DNA of 64,000 bases from Rhabdothermincola salaria. GTDB taxonomy: Bacteria; Actinomycetota; Acidimicrobiia; Acidimicrobiales; Acidimicrobilacustridaceae. Both the position numbers and the translations under genes were made by a program. This document shows, piece by piece, positions 1 to 8,635 of the stretch; the first letter of the stretch is position 1; every line of letters begins with the position of its first letter. The stretch is from NCBI RefSeq assembly GCF_021246445.1, contig NZ_JAJQXW010000003.1:62001-126000 (forward strand), written 5' to 3'. The notes beneath the pieces are model-generated. The model saw only the letters and a list, made by a program, of their open reading frames with translations, did no database searches and had not been told where the DNA came from.

Positions 1-1106
1 ACGGCCCGGTTCATCCACGCGGCCGTCATGGCGTGACCGAGGAAGGACCGGCGATGATCGATCCACGTCGTGTCGGCCGTGTGCTCGACCCGGGCGTCGC
101 CGGCCGAACGCCGGTGCATCCCCCACTGTGCGGCCGGGAAGCGGGGCTCGCGGAACGCCCGCTCGGGATGCCCCCATCTGCGGGCCGCGTCACGGGTGCG
201 TTCGAGCCCCGGTGAGACGGCCAGCGCCGGCGCCGCACCGGAGACGGCCCCTGCGGCGGCGACCACCTCGGCATCGCGGTGGCCGGAGGGGTCGTCGTGG
301 CCCATCACGACCACGAGACCGTCCCGTAGCTCGAGTTCCTCGACGGACTTCCCCGACTCACCCATCATCGCCACGAGCCGGCGCACCACGAGGTCCTCGT
401 CGTCGAAGAAGGGCCGGAGGCGGCCGAGGGAGTACCGACGCCGCACCTCCGGATCGAACGACGAGGGAACGGTGACGACGAGGTGTCGGCTGCCATCGGC
501 GGACAGCTCGCCACGGAAGTGCACAACCAACGCGGCGGCTCCCTCGGTGAGCGACAGCCCAGCCGGTGCCGGACGCCAGTGCGCCTCCGTCCCCCAGCGA
601 CGCGGGAGCACGAACGGCGTGGGGGGAGGGACGGTGGACGGCGCGGCCGGGTCCAGACGGAGGGCGTCGAGCTGTTCCGCGATGGCACAGGCCACCTCCG
701 CCGGGCGGTCGTCGTCGTCACCGGCGGCGATGACGACGACCGAACCCTCGAGGAGGGCCACGACCTGGGTCTCCCGCCCGACCAGACCGTCGGTCGCGTC
801 GGCCAGCGCCTCGGCCCAGGCGTCGCGCGGCAACGGGAGCACCTCGGGGTCGAGCCGGTAGGGCAGCACGCGCGGGACACCCTCGGTTCGCAGGGGCACG
901 ATGGCACCGCGCCCGATGTAGACGACCTCGCGCACCTCACGCTGCGGCTCGTCCTCGCCGACGACGCCGAAGCGTCCGACCAACCGGGGGTGCTCGTCCC
1001 AGTCCACGTCGTGCAGGTGCACGTAGTCGACCGACAAGAGCCTCTCGACGGTGCCGTACAACACCGTGAGACGCCTGGCCACAACTCCTGCGCCCTCCTC
1101 GACCAT
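1..1106 (-). CDS. Hypothetical protein, truncated at the left window edge (>=368 aa)
   Basis: Not in the ORF track because it runs off the edge. Manual translation gives an open frame MVEEGAGVVARRLTVLYGTVERLLSVDYVHLHDVDWDEHPRLVGRFG...GAIVPLRTEGVPRVLPYRLDPEV...AMTAAWMNRA with GC3-biased codons. In-frame upstream stop near 1182; alternative GTG start at 1082. Confidence 0.7.
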   Translation of the reverse strand, partial: MVEEGAGVVARRLTVLYGTVERLLSVDYVHLHDVDWDEHPRLVGRFGVVGEDEPQREVREVVYIGRGAIVPLRTEGVPRVLPYRLDPEVLPLPRDAWAEALADATDGLVGRETQVVALLEGSVVVIAAGDDDDRPAEVACAIAEQLDALRLDPAAPSTVPPPTPFVLPRRWGTEAHWRPAPAGLSLTEGAAALVVHFRGELSADGSRHLVVTVPSSFDPEVRRRYSLGRLRPFFDDEDLVVRRLVAMMGESGKSVEELELRDGLVVVMGHDDPSGHRDAEVVAAAGAVSGAAPALAVSPGLERTRDAARRWGHPERAFREPRFPAAQWGMHRRSAGDARVEHTADTTWIDHRRSFLGHAMTAAWMNRA

Positions 1107-1330
1107 CTCCGCACGATACGGCGCCTGCCGAATCGCGGGTCGGCTGGCCGATCGGAGCAGCCTCGCCGAGCTGTACCAGTGCTACTCCAGCCCCGACGAG
1201 GTCGTGCGGCTTCGGGCCTCCAGCGCGATGAAGCGGGTCACGATCGCCCACGCGCCCTTGACCGGACGGCTTCGACCGATCGAGAGGTCACCGGGGCCGA
1301 GAACCCGGTGACCTCTCGTGGTCGTTCACA

Positions 1331-4144
1331 TCAGCTGCAGCCGCTGGTGGTGCCGCAGCTGGGGCAGGCATGGCAGCTGCCCGAACGCTGCATGACCACG
1401 CCGCACTGCATGCACATCGGCGCATCGTGGCTCACCGTGTGGGTCTCGCGCATGACCCGGCTCGAGCTCTGCGTCTCGGCGATCAGCGTCGACACCGACT
1501 CGATCGACGGCGGATCGGAGGCGATCTCGCGACCCTGGTTGGTCTCGACGATGGTCTCCTCCACCCCCGGCAGCGTGGGCTGCATGCGCTCGGCCGTGCT
1601 GAGGATGTTCAGTTCGGCGCGCTCCTCCACCGAGAGGTATTCGAGGGCCAAGCGGCGGAACAGGTAGTCCATCAGCGAGTTGGCGATGCGGATGTCGGGA
1701 TCGTCGGTCATGCCGGCGGGCTCGAAGCGCATGCCGGTGAAGGCGTCGATGAAGCTGCGCAGCGGCACGCCGTACTGCAGGCCATGGCTCACCGAGATGG
1801 CGAAGGCGTCCATGATGCCGGCGAGGGTGGAGCCCTGCTTGGACACCCGCACGAAGATCTCGCCGGGTCGGCCGTCCTCGTACTCGCCGACGGTGACGAA
1901 CCCCTTGCAGTCGGCCACCCGGAACTCGAAGGTCTTCGAGGTGCGGGTGCGGGGCAGCTTCTGGCGGACGGGCTCGTAGACGATCCGCTCGACCACGCGC
2001 TCGACGACCTTCTCGACCACCTCGACGGCGGCGGTGTCGCCGTCGGCGGTGTCGGCGTCCTTCTTGGAGGCCGACAGCGGCTGGGCCACCTTGCAGTTGT
2101 CACGGTAGATGGCGACGGCCTTGATGCCTAGCTGCCAGGCGTCGATGTGGAGCTGCTCGACCTCTTCCACGGTGGCCTCCTCGGGGAGGTTGACCGTCTT
2201 GGAGATGGCGCCGGAGATGAAGGGCTGGACCGCACCCATCATCCGGACGTGTCCCGAGTAGTGGATGGTGTTGTCGCCCATGGAGCAGGCGAACACCGGC
2301 AGGTGCTCAGCCGCGACGTGGGGCGCACCGATGATCGACATGTTCTCGTCGATGTAGGCGATGATCTCGGCGACCTGCTCCGGGGTGTAGCCCATGCGGG
2401 CCAGGGCCCGGGGCACGGTCTGGTTGACGATCGACATGGTGCCGCCGCCCACCAGCTTCTTCATCTTCACCAGCCCGAGATCGGGCTCCACGCCGGTGGT
2501 GTCGCAGTCCATCATCAGCCCGATGGTGCCGGTGGGAGCCAGCACCGATGCCTGCGAGTTGCGCACGCCGACCTCGGCCGCGATCTCGCAGGCGGCGTCC
2601 CATGCCTGCTGGGCGGCGCTGAGCAGCTCGTGGGGCACCAGCTCCTCGTCGATCTCGGCCGCCGCGCTGCGGTGCTGGTCGAGCACCCGCAGCATGTGCT
2701 CTTCGTTCTCGGCGTAGCCGGCGAAGGGGCCCATGCGGGCTGCCGTGCGGGCCGAGGTGGCGTAGGCGTGGCCCGTCATGAGCGAGGTGACGGCGCCGGC
2801 GAGGGCCCGGCCCTCGTCGGAGTCGTAGGGCAGGCCGAGCGCCATGAGCATGGCGCCCAGGTTGGCGTAGCCGATGCCGAGCTGGCGGAAGCGACGGGAG
2901 GTCTCGCCGATGCTCTCGGTGGGGTAGTCGGCGTTGCCGACCAGGATCTCCTGGGCGGTGAACACGCACTCCACCGCCGCCTTGAAGCCATCGGTGTCGA
3001 AGGCCCCGCCGACCGGCAGGAAGGTGAGCAGGTTGAGGCTGGCCAGGTTGCACGCCGAGTTGTCGAGGTGCATGTACTCCGAGCAGGGGTTCGACCCGTT
3101 GATGCGGCCGGTGTTGGCCGCGGTGTGCCACCGGTTGATGGTGGTGTCGAACTGCATGCCCGGGTCGGCGCACTCCCACGCGGCGTGGGAGATCTGGCGC
3201 ATGAGGTCGCGGGCCTTGACGGTCCTGATGACCTCGCCGCCGAGGACGCCACGCAGGTGCCAGTCGGCGTCGTCGACCACGGCCTGCATGAAGTCGTCGG
3301 TGACGCGCACCGAGTTGTTGGCGTTCTGGTACTGCACGGAGGTGATGTCGTCACCGTCGAGGGTCATGTCGAAGCCGGCGGCCTCGAGGGCCCGGGCCTT
3401 CTTCTCCTCGCGAGCCTTGCACCAGATGAACTCCTCGATGTCGGGGTGCTCGACGTCGAGGATGACCATCTTGGCGGCCCGGCGGGTCTTGCCGCCGCTC
3501 TTGATGGTGCCGGCCGATGCGTCGGCGCCGCGCATGAAGCTGACGGGGCCGGACGCGGTGCCGCCGCCCTTGAGCAGCTCCTTGGAGGAACGGATGCGGC
3601 TGAGGTTGATGCCCGCGCCCGAGCCGCCCTTGAAGATGGTGCCCTCCTCGACGTACCAGTTGAGGATCGAGTCCATGGTGTCGTCGACGGAGAGGATGAA
3701 GCAGGCCGAGGCCTGCTGGGGCACGCCCGCCACGCCGATGTTGAACCACACCGGCGAGTTGAAGGCCGCCCGCTGGGTGATGATCAGGTACTTCAACTCG
3801 TCGGAGAAGGCCTGGGCCTCGGCGTCGTCGACGAAGTAGCCGTCGCGGATGCCCCACTCGGTGATGGTGTCGACCACCCGATCGGCGACCTGCTTGAGTG
3901 ACCACTCGCGCTCGGGGGTGCCGACCGTGCCCCGGAAGTACTTCTGGGCGACGATGTTGGTGGCGTTGAGCGACCACCCGACGGGGAACTCGACGCCGAG
4001 CTGCTCGAAGGCCACCTCGCCCGTCTTCCAGTTGGAGATGCGGGCGTCGCGGCGTTCCCACTCGACCATGTCGTAGGGGTGGGTCCCCTCGGTGGTGAAG
4101 TGACGGCGGATGCCGATGCCGGCCTGCTCGGGTGCCAGGGCCAT
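1331..4144 (-). CDS. nrdJ: Vitamin B12-dependent class II ribonucleotide reductase with C-terminal TSCPD/zinc-ribbon region
   Basis: FNSPVWFN, QQASACFI, GGKTRRAAKM, SNPCSEY (thiyl-radical Cys), APTGTIG; C-terminal CxxC...CxxC GTTSGCS; SD GAAGGAG before ATG 4144. Confidence 0.96.
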   Translation of the reverse strand: MALAPEQAGIGIRRHFTTEGTHPYDMVEWERRDARISNWKTGEVAFEQLGVEFPVGWSLNATNIVAQKYFRGTVGTPEREWSLKQVADRVVDTITEWGIRDGYFVDDAEAQAFSDELKYLIITQRAAFNSPVWFNIGVAGVPQQASACFILSVDDTMDSILNWYVEEGTIFKGGSGAGINLSRIRSSKELLKGGGTASGPVSFMRGADASAGTIKSGGKTRRAAKMVILDVEHPDIEEFIWCKAREEKKARALEAAGFDMTLDGDDITSVQYQNANNSVRVTDDFMQAVVDDADWHLRGVLGGEVIRTVKARDLMRQISHAAWECADPGMQFDTTINRWHTAANTGRINGSNPCSEYMHLDNSACNLASLNLLTFLPVGGAFDTDGFKAAVECVFTAQEILVGNADYPTESIGETSRRFRQLGIGYANLGAMLMALGLPYDSDEGRALAGAVTSLMTGHAYATSARTAARMGPFAGYAENEEHMLRVLDQHRSAAAEIDEELVPHELLSAAQQAWDAACEIAAEVGVRNSQASVLAPTGTIGLMMDCDTTGVEPDLGLVKMKKLVGGGTMSIVNQTVPRALARMGYTPEQVAEIIAYIDENMSIIGAPHVAAEHLPVFACSMGDNTIHYSGHVRMMGAVQPFISGAISKTVNLPEEATVEEVEQLHIDAWQLGIKAVAIYRDNCKVAQPLSASKKDADTADGDTAAVEVVEKVVERVVERIVYEPVRQKLPRTRTSKTFEFRVADCKGFVTVGEYEDGRPGEIFVRVSKQGSTLAGIMDAFAISVSHGLQYGVPLRSFIDAFTGMRFEPAGMTDDPDIRIANSLMDYLFRRLALEYLSVEERAELNILSTAERMQPTLPGVEETIVETNQGREIASDPPSIESVSTLIAETQSSSRVMRETHTVSHDAPMCMQCGVVMQRSGSCHACPSCGTTSGCS

Positions 4145-4324
4145 GGGTGCTCCTTCGCGCAAGGTGTCGCGCTGCTTCGGGATGGTCGAGAGGGTGCTGC
4201 GGGCGATGCGGGTGCTGCGGCGCTGCGATGGTCGATGAACCGGCGACGGTGCGGGCCCGGGTGGCCCTGCCGGGTGGTCGGGTGGGCGAGGCCTGCGTCG
4301 CCCTGCGGCTCGATTCTGAGGCGA

Positions 4325-4340
4325 ACACAAGATCTTGTGG
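4325..4340. promoter_or_regulatory. NrdR box 1
   Basis: ACACAAGATCTTGTGG; core CACAAGATCTTGTG is a perfect palindrome fitting the NrdR consensus acaCwAtATaTwGtgt; upstream of nrdJ with nrdR nearby. Confidence 0.9.
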
Positions 4341-4366
4341 TGGACATGCCCCCCGCAGGTCGGGAA

Positions 4367-4382
4367 CCACAAGATGTCGAGG
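4367..4382. promoter_or_regulatory. NrdR box 2
   Basis: CCACAAGATGTCGAGG, 42 bp (about 4 helical turns) from box 1; NrdR boxes typically occur in tandem. Confidence 0.75.
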
Positions 4383-4383
4383 G

Positions 4384-4413
4384 ATTACACCAGAGTAATT
4401 ACGCCGCTGTCAA
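4384..4413 (-). promoter_or_regulatory. Putative housekeeping-sigma promoter of nrdJ
   Basis: Minus strand TTGACA-N18-TGTAAT; predicted start site falls on NrdR box 2. Confidence 0.65.
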
Positions 4414-4622
4414 CGGTTCCGGCCGACATTGTCATCAGCGTTCATCGAACCCTCCCGACCTCTGGCCGGGTTGCTGCGGCGCGAACGCCAGGTAGAGCGA
4501 TTCCCCCCTGGGACCCACTCAAGGCGTCGTCCTGCCACCACGAACGTCAAGACGCCAGCCACCATCCGTCGCTCGCGCCGCAGCATTGGTACCCACGGCG
4601 GTTCACCCTAGGGAAGGCGCCC

Positions 4623-4697
4623 TGTGGAGGGTAAGGGGAACAACGCTGTGAATTGCCGGTGGATTTCGAGTGTCGACGTCCACAAGCCGGGGGATGA
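4623..4697. promoter_or_regulatory. Array of degenerate DnaA-box-like 9-mers
   Basis: TGTGGAGGG 4623, GGGGAACAA 4635, TGTGAATTG 4647, GGTGGATTT 4658, ACGTCCACA 4676, GGGGGATGA 4689; first four spaced 11-12 bp. Confidence 0.4.
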
Positions 4698-4723
4698 CGG
4701 CGTCGTGGCCTACGGTTCGACCG

Positions 4724-5467
4724 ATGCGTGAGCTGTGGCCCCGGCCCGACGACGACGTGGCGATCGAGCAACGCCTGGCCGACGACCCCCGCCCCTCCCC
4801 CGACACCAGGCCCTGGGTGATGGTCAACATGATCGCCAGCATCGACGGGGCCACGGCCGTGGACGGGCTCTCGGGCGAGCTGGGCGGCGAGGGCGACGCC
4901 CGGATGTTCCGGGCGGTGCGAGCGCTGCCCGACGCCATCGTGGTGGGCGCCGCCACCGTCCGGGCCGAGAACTACGGCCCGGCGCGGCCCTCGGCCGCCG
5001 TGCGCGCCGCACGCGCCGCCCGTGGACAGGACCCGGTGCCGTCCATCGCCGTGGTGACGCGGGGAGCCGACCTCGATCCGGGCCTGCCGTTGTTCACCAG
5101 CGACGACCCCCGCCCCCTCGTGTACGTGGGGTCCGACGCCCCCGACGAGCGGCGCCGGCGGCTGGCGGCGGTGGCCGAGGTGGTGGCCGCCGACCACGAG
5201 GACCTGGACCTGACCGAGGTGCTGGGCGACCTGTCCCGCCGGGGCATGGCCATGGTGCTGTGCGAGGGCGGCCCGTCGCTCAACGGCCAGATGGTGGCCG
5301 GCGGGCTGGTGGACGAGTGGTGCCTCACCCTGGCCCCGCGCCTGGTGGCCGGGCATGCCGCTCGCGCCGCCCACGGACCGCTGCCCCCGGCCCCGATGGG
5401 CATGGTCCTGCACCGGGTGGCCGCCGACGACGAGGGCTACCTCTTCTTGAACTATCGGCGGGGCTGA
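4724..5467 (+). CDS. RibD C-terminal / dihydrofolate reductase-like (pyrimidine reductase family) protein
   Basis: NMIASIDGAT, DAIVVGAATVRAENYGP, VLCEGGPSLNG, VDEWCLTLAP. Confidence 0.88.
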   Translation: MRELWPRPDDDVAIEQRLADDPRPSPDTRPWVMVNMIASIDGATAVDGLSGELGGEGDARMFRAVRALPDAIVVGAATVRAENYGPARPSAAVRAARAARGQDPVPSIAVVTRGADLDPGLPLFTSDDPRPLVYVGSDAPDERRRRLAAVAEVVAADHEDLDLTEVLGDLSRRGMAMVLCEGGPSLNGQMVAGGLVDEWCLTLAPRLVAGHAARAAHGPLPPAPMGMVLHRVAADDEGYLFLNYRRG

Positions 5468-5516
5468 CAGGCCGGCCCACCTGGCCCACCCCGGCTGCCG
5501 GTGCGGCCGGTGAGCG

Positions 5517-5984
5517 TCAATGTCGCTTCGGTGCGGTGCTCTTGGTGAGCAGGCGGATCTCTCGGGAGAAGTCCGACGGGTCGTCGAAGCCCTTGTACAC
5601 ACTGGCGAAGCGCACATAGGCGACCTGGTCGAGATCGCGCAGCCGCTCGAGGACCGCCAGCCCGAGCCGCTCGCTGGCGATCTCCCCGCCCGACTGGCGC
5701 ACCAGGTTCTCGAGGTCGGTGCACAGGTCTTCGACGGCTTCGAGGGTGACAGGTCGGCCCTTGGCGGCCGCCACCACCCCGGCCGAGATCTTGGACCGAT
5801 CGAACGGGACCCGGTCGCCCGACCGCTTGACCACCACCAACGGCACCTCTTCGAGACGCTCGAAGGTGGTGAAGCGCTGCCCGCAGGCCAGGCACTCGCG
5901 CCGGCGCCGGATGGTGACGCCGTCGTCGGCCTGGCGCGAATCGACGACCTTGTCGTCGAGGTGGGTACAGGCCGGGCAGCGCAC
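5517..5984 (-). CDS. nrdR: Transcriptional repressor NrdR
   Basis: MRCPAC..KVVDSR..IRRRRECLACGQRFTTFER zinc ribbon, ATP cone, VAYVRFASVY. Confidence 0.98.
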   Translation of the reverse strand: MRCPACTHLDDKVVDSRQADDGVTIRRRRECLACGQRFTTFERLEEVPLVVVKRSGDRVPFDRSKISAGVVAAAKGRPVTLEAVEDLCTDLENLVRQSGGEIASERLGLAVLERLRDLDQVAYVRFASVYKGFDDPSDFSREIRLLTKSTAPKRH

Positions 5985-6032
5985 GAGGCCGACGCTACCG
6001 GCCCGAGGGACCGCCCCCGCACCGCCAGGGCC

Positions 6033-6509
6033 TCAGCTCAGGCCACGGACATCGATGCGCTGCCCCGGCACGAGATCGGCACCCCCGGCCCGCTGGGCCA
6101 GGGCGTCGACCACCGGGCGAACGTCGCCGTCGGGGCGCAACGAGGCGGCGATGCTCCAGAGCGTGTCGCCGGGACGCACCACGACCTCGGTGGCGACGGA
6201 GGCGGCCGGGGCGGTGGCGACCGCCCCGGCGCCGTCGATGGCGGTCGGTGCCGGCCCGGGGGCGGCAGCACCGGCGCCGAGGAGGCTGGCCACGCCGACG
6301 AGGACGAGTGCGACCAACGCGGCGAGCACCAGGCCCGCCACCAGGACGAGTGGCTCGGGCCGGACGGTGCGGCGACGCTGGGCCCGCACGGCGGCCCGGC
6401 CACCGTCGAGGACGCGGAGCTGCGGCCGGGACGGGGCGACCCGGCCCCGGGGGGCGGGCTCGAGGTCGTGCCACGGTGCGGGGGTGCTGGTGGTGAGGAC
6501 GGCGGTCAT
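6033..6509 (-). CDS. Membrane-anchored LysM protein; probable SOS-induced cell division inhibitor (ChiZ/YneA-like)
   Basis: One TM helix, then LysM VVVRPGDTLWSIA...LVPGQRIDV; divergent from lexA and upstream of nrdR, a conserved actinobacterial arrangement. Confidence 0.85.
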   Translation of the reverse strand: MTAVLTTSTPAPWHDLEPAPRGRVAPSRPQLRVLDGGRAAVRAQRRRTVRPEPLVLVAGLVLAALVALVLVGVASLLGAGAAAPGPAPTAIDGAGAVATAPAASVATEVVVRPGDTLWSIAASLRPDGDVRPVVDALAQRAGGADLVPGQRIDVRGLS

Positions 6510-6527
6510 GGCGTTCAGTCTCCGCAA

Positions 6528-6544
6528 GGGGTGGGACAGTGCCG
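6528..6544 (-). promoter_or_regulatory. 17-bp motif CGGCACTGTCCCACCCC shared with the recA promoter (PafBC/RecA-NDp-like)
   Basis: Identical to 17542-17558; TGTC is 12 nt upstream of GAGACT, which is 7 nt before the LysM ATG. Confidence 0.6.
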
Positions 6545-6560
6545 GCCGGGAGGTCCGGGC

Positions 6561-6606
6561 GGGGCGATGAGGTGGGGCGATGAGGTGGGGCGACGAGGCG
6601 GGGCGG
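6561..6606 (+). repeat. 13-bp tandem repeat GGGGCGAYGAGGY, about 3.5 copies
   Basis: GGGGCGATGAGGT at 6561 and 6574, GGGGCGACGAGGC at 6587, GGGGCGG at 6600. Confidence 0.8.
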
Positions 6607-6671
6607 GCCGACCGGGAGTGGGTCCGGGCCCAGGTGGGTCCCGGGGGTCCACCGCGTGGGTCCACCGGTGC

Positions 6672-6792
6672 CGAACGGCTGTTCGCTAGAGTGCGAGCGA
6701 ACCACGAACAGCCGTTCGCCGTCAAGTGATTTTCGAACGGGTGTTTGCCTCACCACCTCGGCCGGGGTACCCTCGGCACGAACGAGCGTTCG
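6672..6792. promoter_or_regulatory. Four LexA (SOS/Cheo) boxes in the LysM-lexA divergent region
   Basis: CGAACggctGTTCG 6672-6685; CGAACagccGTTCG 6705-6718; TCGAACgggtGTTTGC 6733-6748; CGAACgagcGTTCG 6779-6792; match GAAC-N4-GTTC. Confidence 0.9.
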
Positions 6793-6864
6793 TCGACACC
6801 AGTCGGTGCCGACCTCAGCCCACACCCGGGCCGACGGACCCGGGACCACCCCGCGGAGGGGACC

Positions 6865-7497
6865 ATGTCAACCACCCGGCTCAGCAAGCGTCAGCAGCAG
6901 ATCCTCGACGTCATCGAACAGCACATGTCCGAGCGGGGCTATCCCCCGTCGGTCCGCGAGATCGGCGATGCCGTGGGCCTGCTCTCCCCCTCGAGCGTGC
7001 ACTCCCAGCTCAACACCCTGCAGCGCCTCGGCTACCTGCGGCGCGACCCCACCAAGCCGCGGGCCATCGAGGTCCGCTACGACCCCAACTCCGGCGCGTC
7101 CATGGAACGTCGCCCGGTGCGTCACGTCCCCCTGGTGGGCGACGTCGCCGCCGGCACCGACGTGCTGGCCGAAGAGAACGTCGAGGAGATCCTGCCGCTG
7201 CCCCAGGACTTCTGCGGCGACGGCGAGCTGTTCATGCTGCGGGTCCGCGGCGACTCGATGATCGACGCCGGCATCCTCGACGGCGACTTCATCGTGGCCC
7301 GCGCCCAGGAGACCGCCGAGAAGGGCGACATCGTCGTGGCCGGCATCCCCGGCGACGAGGCCACGGTCAAGACCTACACCCGCAAGGGCGACCTGGTCGT
7401 ACTGGTGCCCGCCAACCCGTCGCTCGAACCCATGGAGTTCGAGCCCGACGACGTGGCCGTCTACGGCCGTGTCGTCACCGTGCTGCGCAAGCTCTGA
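6865..7497 (+). CDS. lexA: SOS repressor LexA
   Basis: RGYPPSVREIG wHTH, VAAG cleavage site, GDSM (Ser) and ATVK (Lys) dyad; SD GGAGGGG. Confidence 0.98.
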   Translation: MSTTRLSKRQQQILDVIEQHMSERGYPPSVREIGDAVGLLSPSSVHSQLNTLQRLGYLRRDPTKPRAIEVRYDPNSGASMERRPVRHVPLVGDVAAGTDVLAEENVEEILPLPQDFCGDGELFMLRVRGDSMIDAGILDGDFIVARAQETAEKGDIVVAGIPGDEATVKTYTRKGDLVVLVPANPSLEPMEFEPDDVAVYGRVVTVLRKL

Positions 7498-7530
7498 TCA
7501 CCACGCCCAGCCGGTCGGGCCCGGCGTCGC

Positions 7531-8634
7531 TCAGGCGACGTCCGGGCCCCGGGTGACCAGGTCGTGGGTCGCCGTCCACACGGCATCGAGATGGCGCCGG
7601 TCGAGGTACTCGCCCTGGGTGTGGGCCACGGTGGAATCGCCCGGTCCGAAGTTGGCGGCCGGCACCCCCCGGGCCGCGAAGCGGGCCACGTCGGTCCATC
7701 CCAGCTTGGCCCGCACGGCCAGGTCGTTGCGCTCCACCAGGGTGGCGATGAGCGGGTGCGTGTGCGAGGGAGCTGCGCCCGACGCGCACTCGGTGCGCTC
7801 GACGGTGTCGCCGTCCGTGAGCCACGGGCCGAGCACCTCGCGCACGTGCGCCTCGGCCTCCTCCGCGCTGCGGTCGGGTGCGAAGCGGTGGTTGACCACC
7901 AGCTCCGCCTGGTCGGGAACGACGTTGCCGGCCACGCCGGCCTGCACCGAGACCGCCTGGAGCGCCTCGCGGAACTCGCAGCCGTCGATCACCGGGCGCC
8001 GCTCGACGTAGGCCTCGAGGTCGCCCAGCAGGCCGGCCAGGCGGTGGATGGCGTTGCGCCCCATCCACGGCCGAGCGGTGTGGGCCCGCGCCCCCCGCAG
8101 GGTGACGCGCAGGCGCATCGTGCCCTGGCAGCCGGCTTCGAGAGCGCCCTCGGTGGGCTCGCCGAGCAGGGCGGCGTCGGCCTCCAGCAGGTCGGGGCGT
8201 CGGTCGAAGAGCTCGCCCAGCCCGCTCTCGGCGGACCCGACCTCCTCGCGGGCGTAGAAGACGTAGGTGCAGTCGACCGCCGGCTCGCTCACCTCCAGCG
8301 CCAGCTGCAACATGACGGCCAGACCGCCCTTCATGTCGGCCGAGCCCACCCCGCTGAGGCGATCGCCGACGAGACGGGCCACGTCGTTGCCGTTGGCCGG
8401 CACGGTGTCGGTGTGCCCGGCGAGGGCCAGGCGCCACCGACGGCCGAGTCTGGTGCGAGCCACGAGGTTGTCACCGACGCGTGTGACCTCCAGGTGGGCG
8501 GCGGCCCGGAGCCGGTCCTCGAGCAGGTCGACCAGGGGAGCCTCCTCCCTCGACGGTGAGGCCACGTCGACCAGCTCGGCGGTGAGCGCGAGCAGATCGA
8601 CCCCGGCACCGACGGTGAGGGGTGACGCGGTCAT
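7531..8634 (-). CDS. dapE: Succinyl-diaminopimelate desuccinylase (M20)
   Basis: GHTDTVP, GSADMKGG, REE, AHTARPWMGRNAIH, GWTDVARF, NFGPGD..AH. Confidence 0.93.
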   Translation of the reverse strand: MTASPLTVGAGVDLLALTAELVDVASPSREEAPLVDLLEDRLRAAAHLEVTRVGDNLVARTRLGRRWRLALAGHTDTVPANGNDVARLVGDRLSGVGSADMKGGLAVMLQLALEVSEPAVDCTYVFYAREEVGSAESGLGELFDRRPDLLEADAALLGEPTEGALEAGCQGTMRLRVTLRGARAHTARPWMGRNAIHRLAGLLGDLEAYVERRPVIDGCEFREALQAVSVQAGVAGNVVPDQAELVVNHRFAPDRSAEEAEAHVREVLGPWLTDGDTVERTECASGAAPSHTHPLIATLVERNDLAVRAKLGWTDVARFAARGVPAANFGPGDSTVAHTQGEYLDRRHLDAVWTATHDLVTRGPDVA

Positions 8635-8635
8635 C

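Noticed and set aside
900..935. VVYIGRG in the edge ORF as a GIY-YIG nuclease motif
   Set aside because: No upstream GIY-like element or other supporting residues seen
4145..4720. Possible cobalamin riboswitch near the B12-dependent nrdJ
   Set aside because: No recognisable B12-box or conserved core; the NrdR boxes explain the regulation
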